From: the human T2T-CHM13v2.0 reference genome, Homo sapiens
Strand: one strand, 5' to 3'
Length of the DNA stretch: 64,000 nucleotides
Assembly (NCBI RefSeq): GCF_009914755.1
Contig: NC_060925.1
Shown piece after piece: positions 23,204-38,924 of the stretch. Every line of letters starts with the position of its first letter. The stretch's first letter is position 1. The position numbers and the translations under genes are program-made. The notes beneath the pieces are model-generated. The model made no database searches, was not told the origin of the DNA, and saw only the letters and a program-made list of their open reading frames with translations.

Positions 23204-24236
23204 CCTCCACCCCACGCACACTCACAACACAGCCTCCTCCAGGCAGCAGAACTGTTAAGCCTGTCAGAGACTCAGGCAGCTGCCAGGCACTAAAAATAAA
23301 CAGATGAGCTCCTTTGTCTGCATTTAGCAAGCAGGTTGCAGAATTACATCTGCCCAGGGTGACCCCACACCCTGGTTTGGGGGTAAGAAGAGAAGCAGCT
23401 TCCAGGCCATCTTCCCAGCACCCCCTTGCCTTGGCTGTGCCATCCACCCCACCCTCCACTGCTTTCCTCCTTCCTCCAGCAGAGGGATTACCTGGGGCAG
23501 GAAAGGGGGCAGAGGACCCCTATATGGCCCTGGCAGGCCTCAGAGGCCCATCTGGGAGAAGAGGACTTTGCAGGTTCATTTCCACAAAATGGGGAGCTCC
23601 CAGCACGACCTCTGGGATCTGGGCAGCTGCTCAGCTGCTTTTCTGTTCAATTGCATCAAACTAATGTGAACCTGAAATGCTCTAAAATTGAAGCAGGAAA
23701 AATTGGATCTGCTATTGATCCTCATCACTTGGGTGACTCCTGTGACCCATATTAGCCACAACCCAGCCAAAAGCAACTGCCCTGAAAACAAAGAGTGTGT
23801 GTGGTTATTTGATTCTGTTCAGTTGTAGATGGGAGGAGCCTGGGGTCCCCCAACTCAGCTGCCCTTGTCCCAGATGATGCAAAAAAAAAAAAAAAAAGTG
23901 AAGATAAAGACAGAGGAAAGGGTGGGAACCAGGATGGGGACAAGCAACCCTTCCATTGCCTGTAGAAAGGTTTTCAGGAAAAAGATTTGCTGGCATAGAA
24001 AAGGCTGTTGGAGCAGGGCAGCTCTAGGGGCTCCTGGGACCTCCCTTCCCACAGGTGTCAGGGAAGCAACCTCAGGCCACTTCTGCTGCGCCATGTCTGC
24101 AGTCCCACACCCAGCCTACTGTGCGCAGCATGTGGGGTGCTCTTTAAAGTACATGATGTCCTGTGTAAGTTAAAAACTCATGTTCCAGAAACAGCATCCT
24201 GGAAAGTCAGGACTGAGGCCTTGGAGAGTAAATAGA

Positions 24237-24430
24237 CCAGCAGCTCCCAAGTCTGGCACACATGAGAGTCATCAGCAGCTCTGACAGGTGCAGACTCCCA
24301 GGTCACCCCCGAGGGCGTCTGATTCGGCATGTGTGGGGTGGCGCCTGGGTATATGTATTGTGAAAACATGTCCAAGCTCAGGACCCTTAATTTCCAAGCG
24401 AATTGTGTTCTCTGGAGTCTTGGGAATGGC
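24237..24430. mobile_element. MER5-like hAT-Charlie fossil
   Basis: ctcccaagtctggc...gagtcatc...tgcagactcccagg...tctgattcggcatgtgtggggtggcgcctgggtatatgtatt...tttgggaat. Confidence 0.5.
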
Positions 24431-24534
24431 AGAGGGACCCGGGGCTCCTGCATGGTGAGGGGAGCTGAGCACGTGGGACCCCAGGCTCCTCACCTCTTGA
24501 ACTGGAGCATCCCACTCTCATCCATTCCATAAAC

Positions 24535-24680
24535 TGCATCTTTGATCGATTGTAAGACACACCACAGTTTTATGTACCACGCAGAAAGACACCGCCAGGT
24601 GCCATGGATTATAAGATGCATATCAGTCTCATAGGCAGCAAAGGTGAAATGTGTGTTCTAGAATCCACAAAATAGTGTAT
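24535..24680 (-). mobile_element. TcMar-Tc2 (MER104/Kanga-like) fossil
   Basis: cgattgtaagacac...gattataagatgcat...gtgaaatgtgtgttctagaatccacaaaata. Confidence 0.45.
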
Positions 24681-24869
24681 GCGGTCCCTTCCTTCAGTGA
24701 TGTCCCACAGCTCTTAGAGTAAGCCTCACCTCCTCCACATGACCCCAAGGCCCTGTGTGTCCAGCCCTTGCCTACCTCTCCAGCCACCTCCCCAAACCAT
24801 TCTCGCCTCCTCTGCGCTCCCGCCCTCTGGCTGCCTTCTTTCAGACCCCAGCATCCTCCTCGTTTCCTC

Positions 24870-25200
24870 CCCAGACAGGAACTTTGCACAGGCCATACAT
24901 TCTTCCCTTTCCTTCTTAACCTACTCTCTTTGAGAGCACAACTCAACTGCCGCTTCCTTGGGAAGGCCTTCCCTCATCCTCTTTGCTAGATCACACCACC
25001 ACCACCATTATTCTGTCTTGTGGCCCCTCCGCAGCGCTGGTCCCAGCCACAATCTCACCTTGCTGTGTGGGATTAGGTGATGAATGCCAGACTTCCCTGA
25101 TTGACGGTAAGCCACATGTAAGTAGAGACTGTCCTGGTTTAACCTGCCATAGAATCCCTTGTGCCTACCACTGTGCCTGGCACTCAGTAGGTACACAACA
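24870..25200 (+). mobile_element. L2 3' region
   Basis: ttccttgggaaggccttccct...gtagagactgtcctgg...ctgtgcctggcactcagtaggtacacaacaat. Confidence 0.65.
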
Positions 25201-26355
25201 ATCTACACTGGGCTGGTACCCCTCCCCACCAACATGGGGCTCCAGGTTTCAGTGACCTGAAAGGGCAAAGTTGTAAGGGTCAGTCTGGGAGAGAAGCCTT
25301 ATGGGCCCATGCCAGTCCACAGCTGGGGCATGAGGGTGGAGAGATGGCAGCCAGTGCACACGCCTGCACAATGGTTGCCCCAGCTCCTCCTCCCCAGCTT
25401 CCTCACTGGGTCTCAGGCCAGCCTGTTTGCTCAGCTGCCTTATGGAGTTCAATTCTGCTTTCCTGCCCCTCTGCACTCCACCTCCACCTGCCATTCACTG
25501 AAGAAACCAAACCAGAGACAGCCAAAGGAGAGGGGATAAGACCGCCCACCAGTCTGTCCACCAAGCCCGCAGGAGAAACAGGCGCCCAGGCCCCAGCCAA
25601 GGAGAGATGGTCCTGCAAAAATTCATCATCAAGAGTCTGGGGTTTGGAGTCGGGCTGTCTGGGTCTGAGCCACTCCCCAGCATTGGGCAAATTCCTTCGA
25701 TTTCTCTTAAGACTCAATTTCTTCCTCTGTAAAATGGGGATTGCAAGAGCAGCTTTGCAGGGTGGCTTTGTGAAACACCTAAGGCGTTGAACTTGACTGA
25801 GGGCTTCTGCAATAGCACCCGTGGCCTGGGAAGTGCTTAGCACATGCTCTGATGCAGCGTGAGTGCTATTATGATCCCCCTGTGTGGGGAGCCGGAGTCT
25901 CGCCCCCAGGGCCTGCTGAGCTGTCATCGACCTGGCTGCCCGCATTGATCTGGCCAGGACCCCCTCGGGAGTCCCATCTGCATGGACAGGCCACCCTCTG
26001 CCCCTGGGTGGCTGCCCTTTGCCAAGTTCACGGTCTGGAGCAGTCGGCCAGCTGGGCCTCCCACTAATGAGTGCCTCGTCCTGCCCAGACCAGCTCTCCT
26101 TACTCTCCATCGATCCTTGACCTTCCTGGGGAAGCTCCCTCCTCCACTTCTGCCTCTACATGGTTGCTACTGCTGCTCACCCCAGACTCTCGTCGGCTCT
26201 GGCAGGACCTCGCTCTGTCCAGGCACCCCTGAGCCTGGGAGCCCCAACCACTCATCCCCCCGACATGTGTGCTCAAGGCCAGGGCTGTGGTCTGGGTTCA
26301 GATCTCGACTTGGCGCCTGGTTAAACCAATGCTAGGACCAAGAGATTCGATAGCA

Positions 26356-26736
26356 AGTTATGAACTGAACATTTGTGACCCCCAAATTCACATGCCATCA
26401 CCCCCACTATGGCTATATTTGGAGATGGGGCCCCTAAGGGAGTAATTAAGGTTAAATGAGGTCCTGAGGGTGGGGCCCTGTGGACCCAAGGCGGGTACTA
26501 TTGTCCTCATAAGAAGAGACACCAGAGAACTCATTCCCTCTCTCCACGCACACACAAAGCGAGATGGCAACAGCCCACGGCCAAGAGAAGGGTGAAACCT
26601 CTCTGGTAATAAAGCTTACCTTGCTGGCACCTTGATCTTGGACCTTCCAACCTCCAGAACTGTGAGAAATAAATTTCTGTTATTTAAGCCACCCAATCCA
26701 TGGTATTTTGTTATGGCAGCCTGAGCAGACCAGACA
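26356..26736 (+). mobile_element. MLT1A-type MaLR solo LTR
   Basis: gtaattaaggttaaatgaggtc...ctggcaccttgatcttggac...ctccagaactgtgagaaataaatttctgttatttaagccaccc...ttatggcagcctgagcagaccagaca. Confidence 0.85.
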
Positions 26737-28142
26737 CAAGCTATGTGACCTCAGGCAGGTTTCTTAGTCTCCCCATGCCTCAGTTTCCTCATATGTGAGC
26801 TCTGAGGACCGTAAGCACACATGACAAAGCTCAGTCAGGGTGGAGTCCCGCACCAGGTGGCAGCTGCTCCCATGGCTGTCCCCTGAACAAATTCTGCACC
26901 TGCAATGCCCTTCTCCTCCCTCCTGGCACCTGAATCCTACCCTTCTTCCTAGTTCACCCCTGGGACCCCTTCTTGGCCTCCTGCATGGTCTCTTTCTCTC
27001 CAGAACTCCTAGAGCCCCTCCTGGGTATATGTGAGCCTGGGCATTTGCCTAATACCTGGTATTTTTCATCTTCCCAAATGGTCCATCCCATCTCCACCCA
27101 CCCCCATCCCCACACACACATTCTAGGCGTGCCCAAGGCTGCGGCTCTGAGCCTCAGTTTGCTTCCTTCCAGAGAAACCAAGTTCAGGGCAAGTCCATGG
27201 GAGATGCTGAAGACAACAGTGTCTAAAATTGTACCATAAGATATGTCCCCCTGGTTTTTTTCATTTCGGAAGCAAACATTCCTCTCACCAAGTCTCTGCC
27301 TCTTTGGTGAGAACCTTCTGGCTTTGGCACTGGGCACCTCTAGTTATAATGACCCTAACAAGTGCTGACATGTCTTGGGCTCCTACGATGTTCATCCCTG
27401 GATGTGCTTTGTCTCATTCAATCCTTCCAGCGTCGTCCCGAGGGCGGTGCTGTGACAATCCCATTCCACAAAGCAGGAAGGAAGCAGGGCAAGGGGAGGG
27501 AACTTGTGGGAAATGGCAGAGCTGGAGTAGGCATGAAAATGAGGCTGACTCCAGGGCCCACCCTCCACCACCACACTCCACACCCTGCAGCCACAGGTAG
27601 CCCTTCTCCCCGGCCAGAGGTGACTCCTTGAGGCGCAGCCTAAGATCTTCTGAGAGCCAAGCTTTGCCAAGAGCCAGGCATGGAGCTGGGCTCCCCGGCT
27701 GGGATGATCATCCCTGACCCATGGACTGAGGATTTGGGAGCACATGGGGTAGGGGAGTGGGCACACCACACACCCATTCCCCTGGGCTAGCCGTGGTCCG
27801 TCGCCTCAGCTCTCTGCACAGACACCGTCGCTCAGCAGCGTCTCAGCTTTTACCCACAGACTGCCTCGAGAAAGCCATGAGTGCACACACAGAGGGGGGC
27901 AGAGGACCCCAGCCGCCCTGCCACCATGCGCTCTCCCACAAACAGCTGGACTTCCTTGAGGAACTGATGGGTTCCCCCTTTCTGACACCAACACTCATGT
28001 CACTGACCATATCTTCCTTTCTGCTTTGGCTGCTGGGAAGCTCAAAGCCAAATTTGGAACTCAACTCAAGCAATCATCTTGCCTTTATGGTGTTATTTTC
28101 TGTGTGAGTTTGATGGTCTATTTCCCAAATCTCAGTTTCTGT

Positions 28143-28716
28143 CCTTCCTTCCATCCATCCTTCCTTCCATTCTTCCTTCCTTCCTTCCTCTCTCCCTCCC
28201 TCCCTCCCTTACTTCCTCCCTCCCTCCCTCCCTCCCTTCCCTTTCCTCCCCTCCCCCTCTCCTTCCTTTTTTCCTTCCTCTCTCCCTCCCTTCCTCCCTC
28301 CCTTCCTCCCTCCCTTCCTCCCTCCCTTCCTCCCTCCCTTCCTCCCTCCCTTCCTCCCTCCCTTCCTCCCTCCCTTCCTCCTTTCCCTTTCCTCCCCTTC
28401 CCTCCCCCCTCCTCCTTTCTCCTTCCTTCCTTCCTCCATCCTTCCCTTCCTCTCTTCCCTTTCCTCCCCTCCTCTCCCCCTCTCCTCCCTTCTCCTTCCT
28501 TCTTTCCTTCCTCCCTCCCTCCCTTTCTCCCTCCCTCCCTTCCTCCCTTCCTTTTCCTTCCCTTCCCTCTCCCTCTCCTCCTTTCTCCTTCCTTCCATCC
28601 ATCCATCCATCCTTCCTTCCTTCCTCCATCCCTCCCTTCCTCCCTTCCCTTTTCTCCCCTCCCCTCCCCCGCCTTTTCTCCTTCCTTCCTTCCTCCCTCC
28701 CTCCCTCCCTTCCTTT
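28143..28716 (+). repeat. Polypyrimidine (CCTT)/(CCCT)n tract containing a tandem 12-mer CCTTCCTCCCTC
   Basis: ~570 bp almost purely C/T. Confidence 0.97.
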
Positions 28717-31249
28717 CATTATTATCAAATGCTACTATAAACACAACAAGAGCTGACCCTGTGTGCTCTTGGAGCCTGCTGTAGAGCACAGAGAGAAACA
28801 TATGAACCAAAGAATCCCAAATGTATCGACAATGACTATAATTATGACAAGCAGGAATGGGTGTCAGGAAGAGACATGTGGGGGGCCTCACTGCATCAAG
28901 GGTTCGGGGCAGGGTGCCTTTCCAAAGGCGTGGCCCTGGAGCTGGGATGTGGGGGATGAGTGGAGCTCCGTGGTGGGGCATGGGGAGCAGGGGGAGCAGG
29001 GCCCAGCTAAAGCCCAGTGGAGGGACAGGCTTGTCGTGCTGGAGGGACGGAGAGGAGGGGGCCGGGGAGAATGGCTGCAAGAAGGAAGATGCAGAAGTGG
29101 GAACTCCCGGGTTCATGATTCACCTGGAGAGCAGAGGCTAACATTGCATTACTTATGTGTAACAGGAGTGTGCTTTGTGATGAAGATAAACCCCCACCGA
29201 AGTGAGGGAGTCAAGCAGGCAGAAGCGCTGGCTGTGCTGGATTATTTTCTCCCTGGGAGAAGCCGCAACCCTGGCATCTTCCAGGGAGCTGATGGAGATG
29301 GTTGGCCTGGGTGTGGGAAGAGCGGGAGAGAATCTGATGCAGGGCAGGCTGGGGCAGGGGGCACTTCACTGCAAGGGGCAAAGGCGGTCAGGAAGCCTCT
29401 CGTGCTGGTTCACTTTGTGGCCTTGAGTAAGTCCCTGCACCCAGGGCCTTGCCTTCCCTCCCTGGAGAATGAGGCCCTTGATAATGAAAGGTGGAGCTGG
29501 TCACACAGCCTCCCTCACAAACGGCTGCCTCCCAAGTGCAAGATCAGGCTCCCCAGAGCTCCCACCCGCCAGCAGTCCCTCCCCGCACGCGGAGCCCTGA
29601 GCCCCTGTCCTGCCCTCCCCAGAAGTGGGAAATGGCGACAGAGAGTCGTTCAGAAGCCATTAGGGCCTGTCGTCCCTGCCCCAGCGCCCACCCGCCCCTC
29701 CTGCTGTGGCCTGGACTTAATAATGTTGTGCAGCTTTAAAAGCCAGTGGCTCAGGCGCCCAGGCTCCCTGCAGACAGTCCTCCCCATCCCAGCAGGACCC
29801 CCACAGGCAACAGGACCTGAGCCCCCACCACCACCGGGGAGAGGGTGTTGGCTCCTGCGGGCAGGAGCCCAGATCTCTCAAGATGTGGGTTCAGGTAAGA
29901 ATCTCTTGCCTGAGTTCAGGGCCTCCAGGGCAGCCTCGTTCCCTGTGAGGGAGGCTGTCCTGCCACTGGATCTCACTATTGATCAAGGGGGTGAGGCCAT
30001 GGGGAAAAGTGCTGGAAGGAAGAAACCTGGGTTCTGGACCTGGATCTGGCCATAATTAGTTGTGTGACTTTGGGAAGTCACTTCTCACTTCTGTTTCCAT
30101 TTGCCCCACTATTGAATGGGTGCATTGGTTTGGGTCTCTGACAAGCAGGCACCAGGATGGGGTGAGATGGGCGAGAGGCCTCTTGGGGGAGACCCTGGGC
30201 AGATTAACCAGGAGAGGGAACAGGAGCAGGCAGAGAGGGCTCCAGGCCAGGGTGCAGGTATGACACCTCCACTGTGCTGGGGAAGGGAGGGTAGGAAGAA
30301 ACGGGCAGGGCCTGTGGCCTCCAGGGAAACGTGGTGGTGGATCCAGAGAGCTGGCGCTCAGTTGCTGTGCTCCAGGCAGCATCTCCTGAAGGGGAGCTGC
30401 AGGGCCATCTCCATGGCTGCTACCTGGAGGTCCCAGTCCCCACCTTGCTGTGCAGTGGGACTATGGATGATCTGCTGCATAAGCTGGGAAGTGCTGTCCC
30501 CACAGGAGCCAGTGCGTACTCCATGCAGGGGAGAAGTCTAGGGTGCCGGATTGGGCAAAGGTGAGGAAGGGAGGGCTGTCCCCCATCAGCCTGGGAGACT
30601 CTGGGACTGGTTGATCCTCATGCCACCCCTCCAGCCACACTGGGAAGGCTGAAGACAAGTTGAGGGTGCACTGAGGCAGGCTCAGAAGGCCAGGGTGAGA
30701 AGGTGGGTCTGTGGACACTGGGGAGCCATTGAGAGGCCTGACCGGCAGAGGGGCCAGTCCAGGCTGGGCCTCAGGAAGGTTAATCTGGCCTCGGTTGACC
30801 TGGTGGGGCTGAGCTGGGGAAGCCTGGGGCCCAGGCAGCGGGTGTGAGACTGAGGATTGTGGGGGGTGCAGGTGGCCAGGCCTGGAGCCAGCATTTCCCA
30901 CTCCTCATGCCTTCTGACCAGAGGGATTTTCCACCCTCGGCCAGGCCTGTCTGGCCCTCCCCAGGAGATGGCTCTTAACTTCTCCATTCCCCAACGGCCC
31001 ACCGGCGTGCGGTGGGAGAGCAGCCCCCAGGTTCGGGCTGTGGGACTTGCCATAGTGGCCACACTCCTCCTGCCAAACCCCAGCCCTGGTTCCCCTTCTC
31101 AAAGTCACGGCAGAAAGAAGGCCCAGCTTCCCAAGTGCCTGCCCTTCACACTGGCCATCCTCCCGGCCGCACAGCCGCTGATGCCCTCAGGCCTCAGTGA
31201 GCTGCAGGCACCCCGGGCAGCTCCTTGCCCCTTCCTCCTTATCACGACA

Positions 31250-31460
31250 ACCAACTATTGAGCACTTACTGTATGCCAGGAGCCAGGTTGAATGCTTCCT
31301 TGAATTAGTTCATTGAATTTCTATTTCAGCTCTGCAAATTACTTACTTTTATTTCTATTTCGCAGATGAAGAAACAGGCCAGAGGTTCACTACCTTATTC
31401 ACAGCTAGTCAGTGCGAGAGCTAGAATTCAAATCCAGATCTCTCTGATCCAAAAGGTTAC
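31250..31460 (-). mobile_element. MIR
   Basis: tattgagcacttactgtatgccagg...ttcgcagatgaagaaacagg...agaattcaaatccagatc. Confidence 0.75.
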
Positions 31461-32417
31461 TACTAAATAAAAACTGTAATTATCTCTCCAATCTTTCCCT
31501 TCTCGACAGTTCTCAAGTGCATTTTACTTCATCCTTAGAGGGAGTTTAGGAGAGAAATTATTCCCATTCTGCAGGTGAGAAAACTGAGGCCAGAGGAAAG
31601 AAATACCCCAAGTGTACACAAGTGGTCAGGGTTGGGCAGGAAGAGGAGAGGAGGGACATGGCGACCTAGGAAGGGTGAGGGCTCCCAGGCAGAGTCCAGT
31701 TTCCTGGTCCACTGCCCTCTGCCACTGAGGCCATCAGCAGAAGATCAGGCACCACGCCCCCAGCCCCTCACCTGCCCCAGGCTAAAGGGTGAGCTGAGAA
31801 AGACAAAAAGCAGAAATATTTCCTTGTGACACGTTCGTCCCTCCCCTCTCCCTAAGGACAGACCTGAGTCATTGAGGCAGAGGCCTCCACAGGGAGTCTG
31901 GGAGCCAAAACTTAAGGGGGGACCCCTCAGGACACATTTTTTAAGATCCTTTTATACCTTTTCTTTTAAAAAATACATGTTTCCTGATTAATTAGAAAAG
32001 TAACACCGGCTCATTGTTACAGATCACTGCCCACTGCCCACATTCCCAGAGCTAGTTCTCCATCCCCACCAATCCCTAGAGGCAGCCTCGGCACCAGCAC
32101 CCAGTTGGTCTGGATACCCCCAGCCCATTCAATGCTTAGAGAGCCGTGTGTGCTTTTGCTTTTTCTCTTAAACAGATGGGATCGGGTACAGAGTAGCATG
32201 TCCCTTTTTTTCCGGTTAATATGTAGTTATATATAGTGTCAGTAGAAAGCACGGGGGAACAGTGTGTAGTTTGCGTTCATTCTGTTTCACAGTCCGGGAG
32301 GACTGAGGGATGTTCTGGAGGGTGTGGCTCCCCTGTTCATGGCACTGATGTGATTCCCTTCTTTGTGAACATTCTGCAGTCCTGAGAGTGTGATCACCCT
32401 CAGGCGAACGCTTCTAA

Positions 32418-35300
<2,883 letters not shown>

Positions 35301-35314
35301 AAAGACAGCAGCTT

Positions 35315-35500
35315 AGAGCACAGACACAGGAGCCGGCTCTGCCACTTACGGGCTAAGTGACCTTGGACAGGTCTCTCTGGAATTCAGTTTCCTCATCTGG
35401 AAAATGGGGACAATAACTGCACCTACCTCAGAGGCCCCTGTGAGCATGCAATGAGTTATACCGTGTAGAGCACTAAGAACAATGCCTGCCGCGTCAGGAG
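35315..35500 (+). mobile_element. MIR
   Basis: ggctctgccacttac...gtgaccttggacagg...cagtttcctcatctggaaaatggggacaataactgcacctacctcagagg. Confidence 0.8.
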
Positions 35501-37485
35501 CATCAGCAGCCATTCCAGTTACTTCTAGAGGTGGGATGGCTGCGCCTCAGGATTTGTGCACTTGTTAGTGTTACCAGATTCTGCCAAATAGTCCTGTTCC
35601 CACACCCCTGAGGACACTAGTACCTCCCAATGCTGAGGTGTCCCCTCCTTCTGGAAGACTGATAAGAATCATGAGAATTGCAAACCCCCACACTGGGCCT
35701 CATACTGTGTGCACGAAGGGCTTTCCCAGCTGTTCCTGGACAGACTCCTGGTGTATTTCCAGGTCTTGTATTTAACCAAAAACCAAAACCCCACACAAAC
35801 CCCTCTTCCTTCTACCAGGGTCATTTTCCCCACTAAAAATCCCTCCATCCAAAAATATTATCTCACTGTGGTGTAGACGAAAGAGCCCCAGCCCAGGGTC
35901 AGGGAAAAGGGACCTTGGTGACAGCTCTGCCACCTCCTCACTGAGACACTCAGGCAGGTCCTGGAGCCCCTCCAGCCTCAGCTTCAGAGCCAGGACTCAG
36001 TGGCCCACGGTGAGGATGGAGTCAAGCGAGGGGCACAGGGCAGCTCACCCCCAGGCTCCCACGCGTGCCGGATGGGTGCCACACCACAAGCACCTCCTTA
36101 GATTTTACACCCCGGGCCTCTTGCCTGCCTCACCCTAGTCCTGGCCACTGGCTCAGTTTTCTTATCTGCAAAATGGGAATCTTAACTGTGACCTACAACC
36201 CTCAAGGGGCGATTCTGTGGAGCAAATGAGAGAGTTGAGTACACGACGGGGCTTTGCACACTCTCAGGTGCTTGATTTAGGATTCTTGAGCAAGATGGCT
36301 GTGAAGCAGGAGAGGGTGATTCTGGCTGTGGGAACTCAGAGACCAAGTCCAGAACGGCTCTCCCAGGAGGTTCGTGCAGGATTGTGAGAGAGGACACGTG
36401 TGTGTGTGTGTGAGTATGTGTGTGTGTTGGTGGCAGGGACGGATACTACTGATTGAAGACAAGAGATTCACTTGGAACCTCATTCCTTAAAGGCTTTGGG
36501 GGGCACCCTAAACCCTTTATCCCAAAGGGAGCTACATCCCTTTGGACGTAAAGATTCTGCTGCAACCACAGGCCCCCTGAGTTTGTGTGAGGTTTGCAGC
36601 CAAAGGCAGGTAAGTCGGAAGAAAATGTAGGTGCAGCACCTCCACCCTCCAGGCCAGGCAGGCAGAAGGTCAGAGGCATAGACAGGGACAAGCTCAGGGC
36701 CTGGGCAGAGAAGGGAGGCCATGATCTTTCCCAGGGAAGGAGCTTGCACATGCTTCTCTGGCTCAATTTTATTTTATGGACACTTCAAAACAAGCCTAGG
36801 AAGTCAGTGGGATTCTTTTTAGTTCCATTTTAAAGATGAGGAAACTGATTAGGGGGCGGGAGGTGGGGAGTGTCTTGACCAAGGTTCTGGCTCAAGAACC
36901 TACTGGGATCTTGACCTCTGTGGCCTCCCCAGAATCTGGGCAGGTTAAAGATCTCGCATGTGCTCTTCCAGGGAGACAGCCAGGCCTTTGCACCACCACC
37001 CCAGAAGTCTTCTGTTCTGAGTTCAGCAGACTCTGTCTCTCTTAAACCCTGCCCCTGCTGGAGACTCAGTTCAGGCAACTCCTAAAACATGAGGTGGCCA
37101 TGGGGCATACCAGGCTACAGGGTCCCCTTCATCCTCTGCCCCCTTCCCTTGTGGTGCCCACTCCCTTGATGGTGACAGCTGGGCTTGGCCCCATTAGCAC
37201 CATTTTCAATAACAACTCTGAGGTCTGGGGGCAGGGGTAGTGCCAATGCGCTCCCCTGGGGGCCCAACCCTCTTGCTACCCAGACCCCACTATCCCCTCT
37301 GTCCCCACCACAGAGGCCACTGTCTTTCCTGCCTCTTTCACCCTCAGTGCACAAGCCAGCCCCTGAGGCCCTCCTGCAGCAGCCAGGCCCCCACATCGAA
37401 ACTGCCCTAAAGGACCTGAAATTGGGACCTGGGGGTCAGCCCAATGTCACAACACCTTCATCAACAACAATAAAACCTACCACCT

Positions 37486-37805
37486 GGCCAGGCCCGGTGG
37501 CTCATGCCTGTAATCCCAGCACTTTGGGAGGCCGAGGTGGGCGGATCACCTGAGGTCAGGAGTCAAGACCAGCCTGGCCAAAATTGTGAAACCCCGTCTC
37601 TACTAAAAGTACAAAAAATTAGCCATGCATGGTAGTGGGCACCTGTAATCCTAGCTACTCAGGAGGCTGAGGCAGGAGAATCACTTGAACCTGCGAGACG
37701 GAGGTTGCAGTGCACCGAGATGTTGCCAATGCACTCCAGCCTGGGCGACAAGAGTGAGAATCTGTCTAAAAAATAAAAATAAAAATAAAATAAAAAATAA
37801 AAAAA
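37486..37805 (+). mobile_element. Full-length AluSq-like
   Basis: Dimeric Alu with ggcgacAagag and an (A5T)n tail; TSD aaaacctaccacc at 37472-37484 and 37802-37814. Confidence 0.95.
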
Positions 37806-37946
37806 CCTACCACCCATTGAGGAAAGGCTAGCAGGGTACCAGGCAGCTCCCAGGCATTTTACATATGCAGTAAGTTGTTTACCCTCACAGCAATTCTGAA
37901 GCTATGCTGATGGTAAGTGGACCCATTTGACAGCTGCATAAACTGA

Positions 37947-38405
37947 GGTTCTTAGTATGGTGTCCCCCAGAAGCAGCCCTTAGGTGAGGGCTCAGTTCCC
38001 TGTGAGTAGTGCATTTCAGAGATGATACCAGGAAATACCGGTAAGGAAGAGGAGAAATGAGACAGGGAAGGGAAGAAAGACATAAAAGGCTGAGTCATTA
38101 AACAAATGACCACTGCGGGCAACCAAAGTGGTTGGGGCTTGCTGGGAGATGGCGTGGAATATGCCCCAGGATCATCCCAACTGAGGGGACAGGAGGCTGG
38201 GATATTTGTCTGCCTTCAGGCCTTACTGCCCGAGGGCTGCTTCAGCGGATGCATATGTTCCAGGGCTCAAAGCCCTTCAGCTTCGATTTCACTCACACAG
38301 AGAGGAAATGCCCTCGGGCAAACAGTCATGGCGTGTGCAGTAAGCAGCACCAAATGGGAAAAAGTGAAGGCTGAGGGGACTTGGGCCAGGCATCTGCAGG
38401 GTCTT
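37947..38405 (-). mobile_element. LTR33-type ERVL solo LTR inserted into a MIR
   Basis: cttagtatggtgtcccccagaagcag...gagacagggaagggaagaaag...accactgcgggcaac; MIR halves flank it (aaactgagg | gaggctcagagagg...aaggtcacacagc). Confidence 0.7.
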
Positions 38406-38784
38406 CTTTCCGAGGCTCAGAGAGGGGTAGTCACTGGTTTAAGGTCACACAGCTTGTTAGTGGCAGAACCTGGATCCAAACCTGATCTGCCAATCCCAAA
38501 TTTTAATCCCCAGGGTAGGAATGGGACCAGGACTAGGGGTTAGGTCTGTCTAGAGTGGGCTCTGCAGCTCAGCTTCACTCTCCACCGCACCAAGAAAGCC
38601 CTTAAACCTTATCCAGAAAAATGCAAGGAGAGATACCAGCAGGTTCCCATGTTCCCTGGAAATCCTTCATTGCCCGTAGTCTGGCTGCTGGGATGTTGGG
38701 AATCTCAGAACAAGGTTATTTTGCCAACGGGAAGGCAGACCCCCTGAAACAAGGAAGAGAGACTGCAAAGCCCAGACCAGAGGG

Positions 38785-38820
38785 TGAATGAATGAATGAA
38801 TGAATGAATGAATGAATGAA
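38785..38820 (+). repeat. (TGAA)9 microsatellite
   Basis: Seen directly. Confidence 0.95.
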
Positions 38821-38924
38821 TATAATCAGACAACAGTGTCTCAAAGCTCAGATCCTCTTGGCAGCATCTAGGCCTTTCGCCTCCTCCCACAATTCCACCC
38901 ACCAAGCCCCACAGAAAGACAGTC

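Noticed and set aside
28143-28716. PRDM9 hotspot motif (CCNCCNTNNCCNC) in the CT tract and the 4.9-kb minisatellite
   Set aside because: The repeat units I checked by hand mismatch the motif, and low-complexity partial matches are uninformative.
28026-29116. Long Pro/Ser/Leu- and Gly/Arg/Glu-rich ORFs
   Set aside because: They stay open because the C/T-only tract lacks stop codons.
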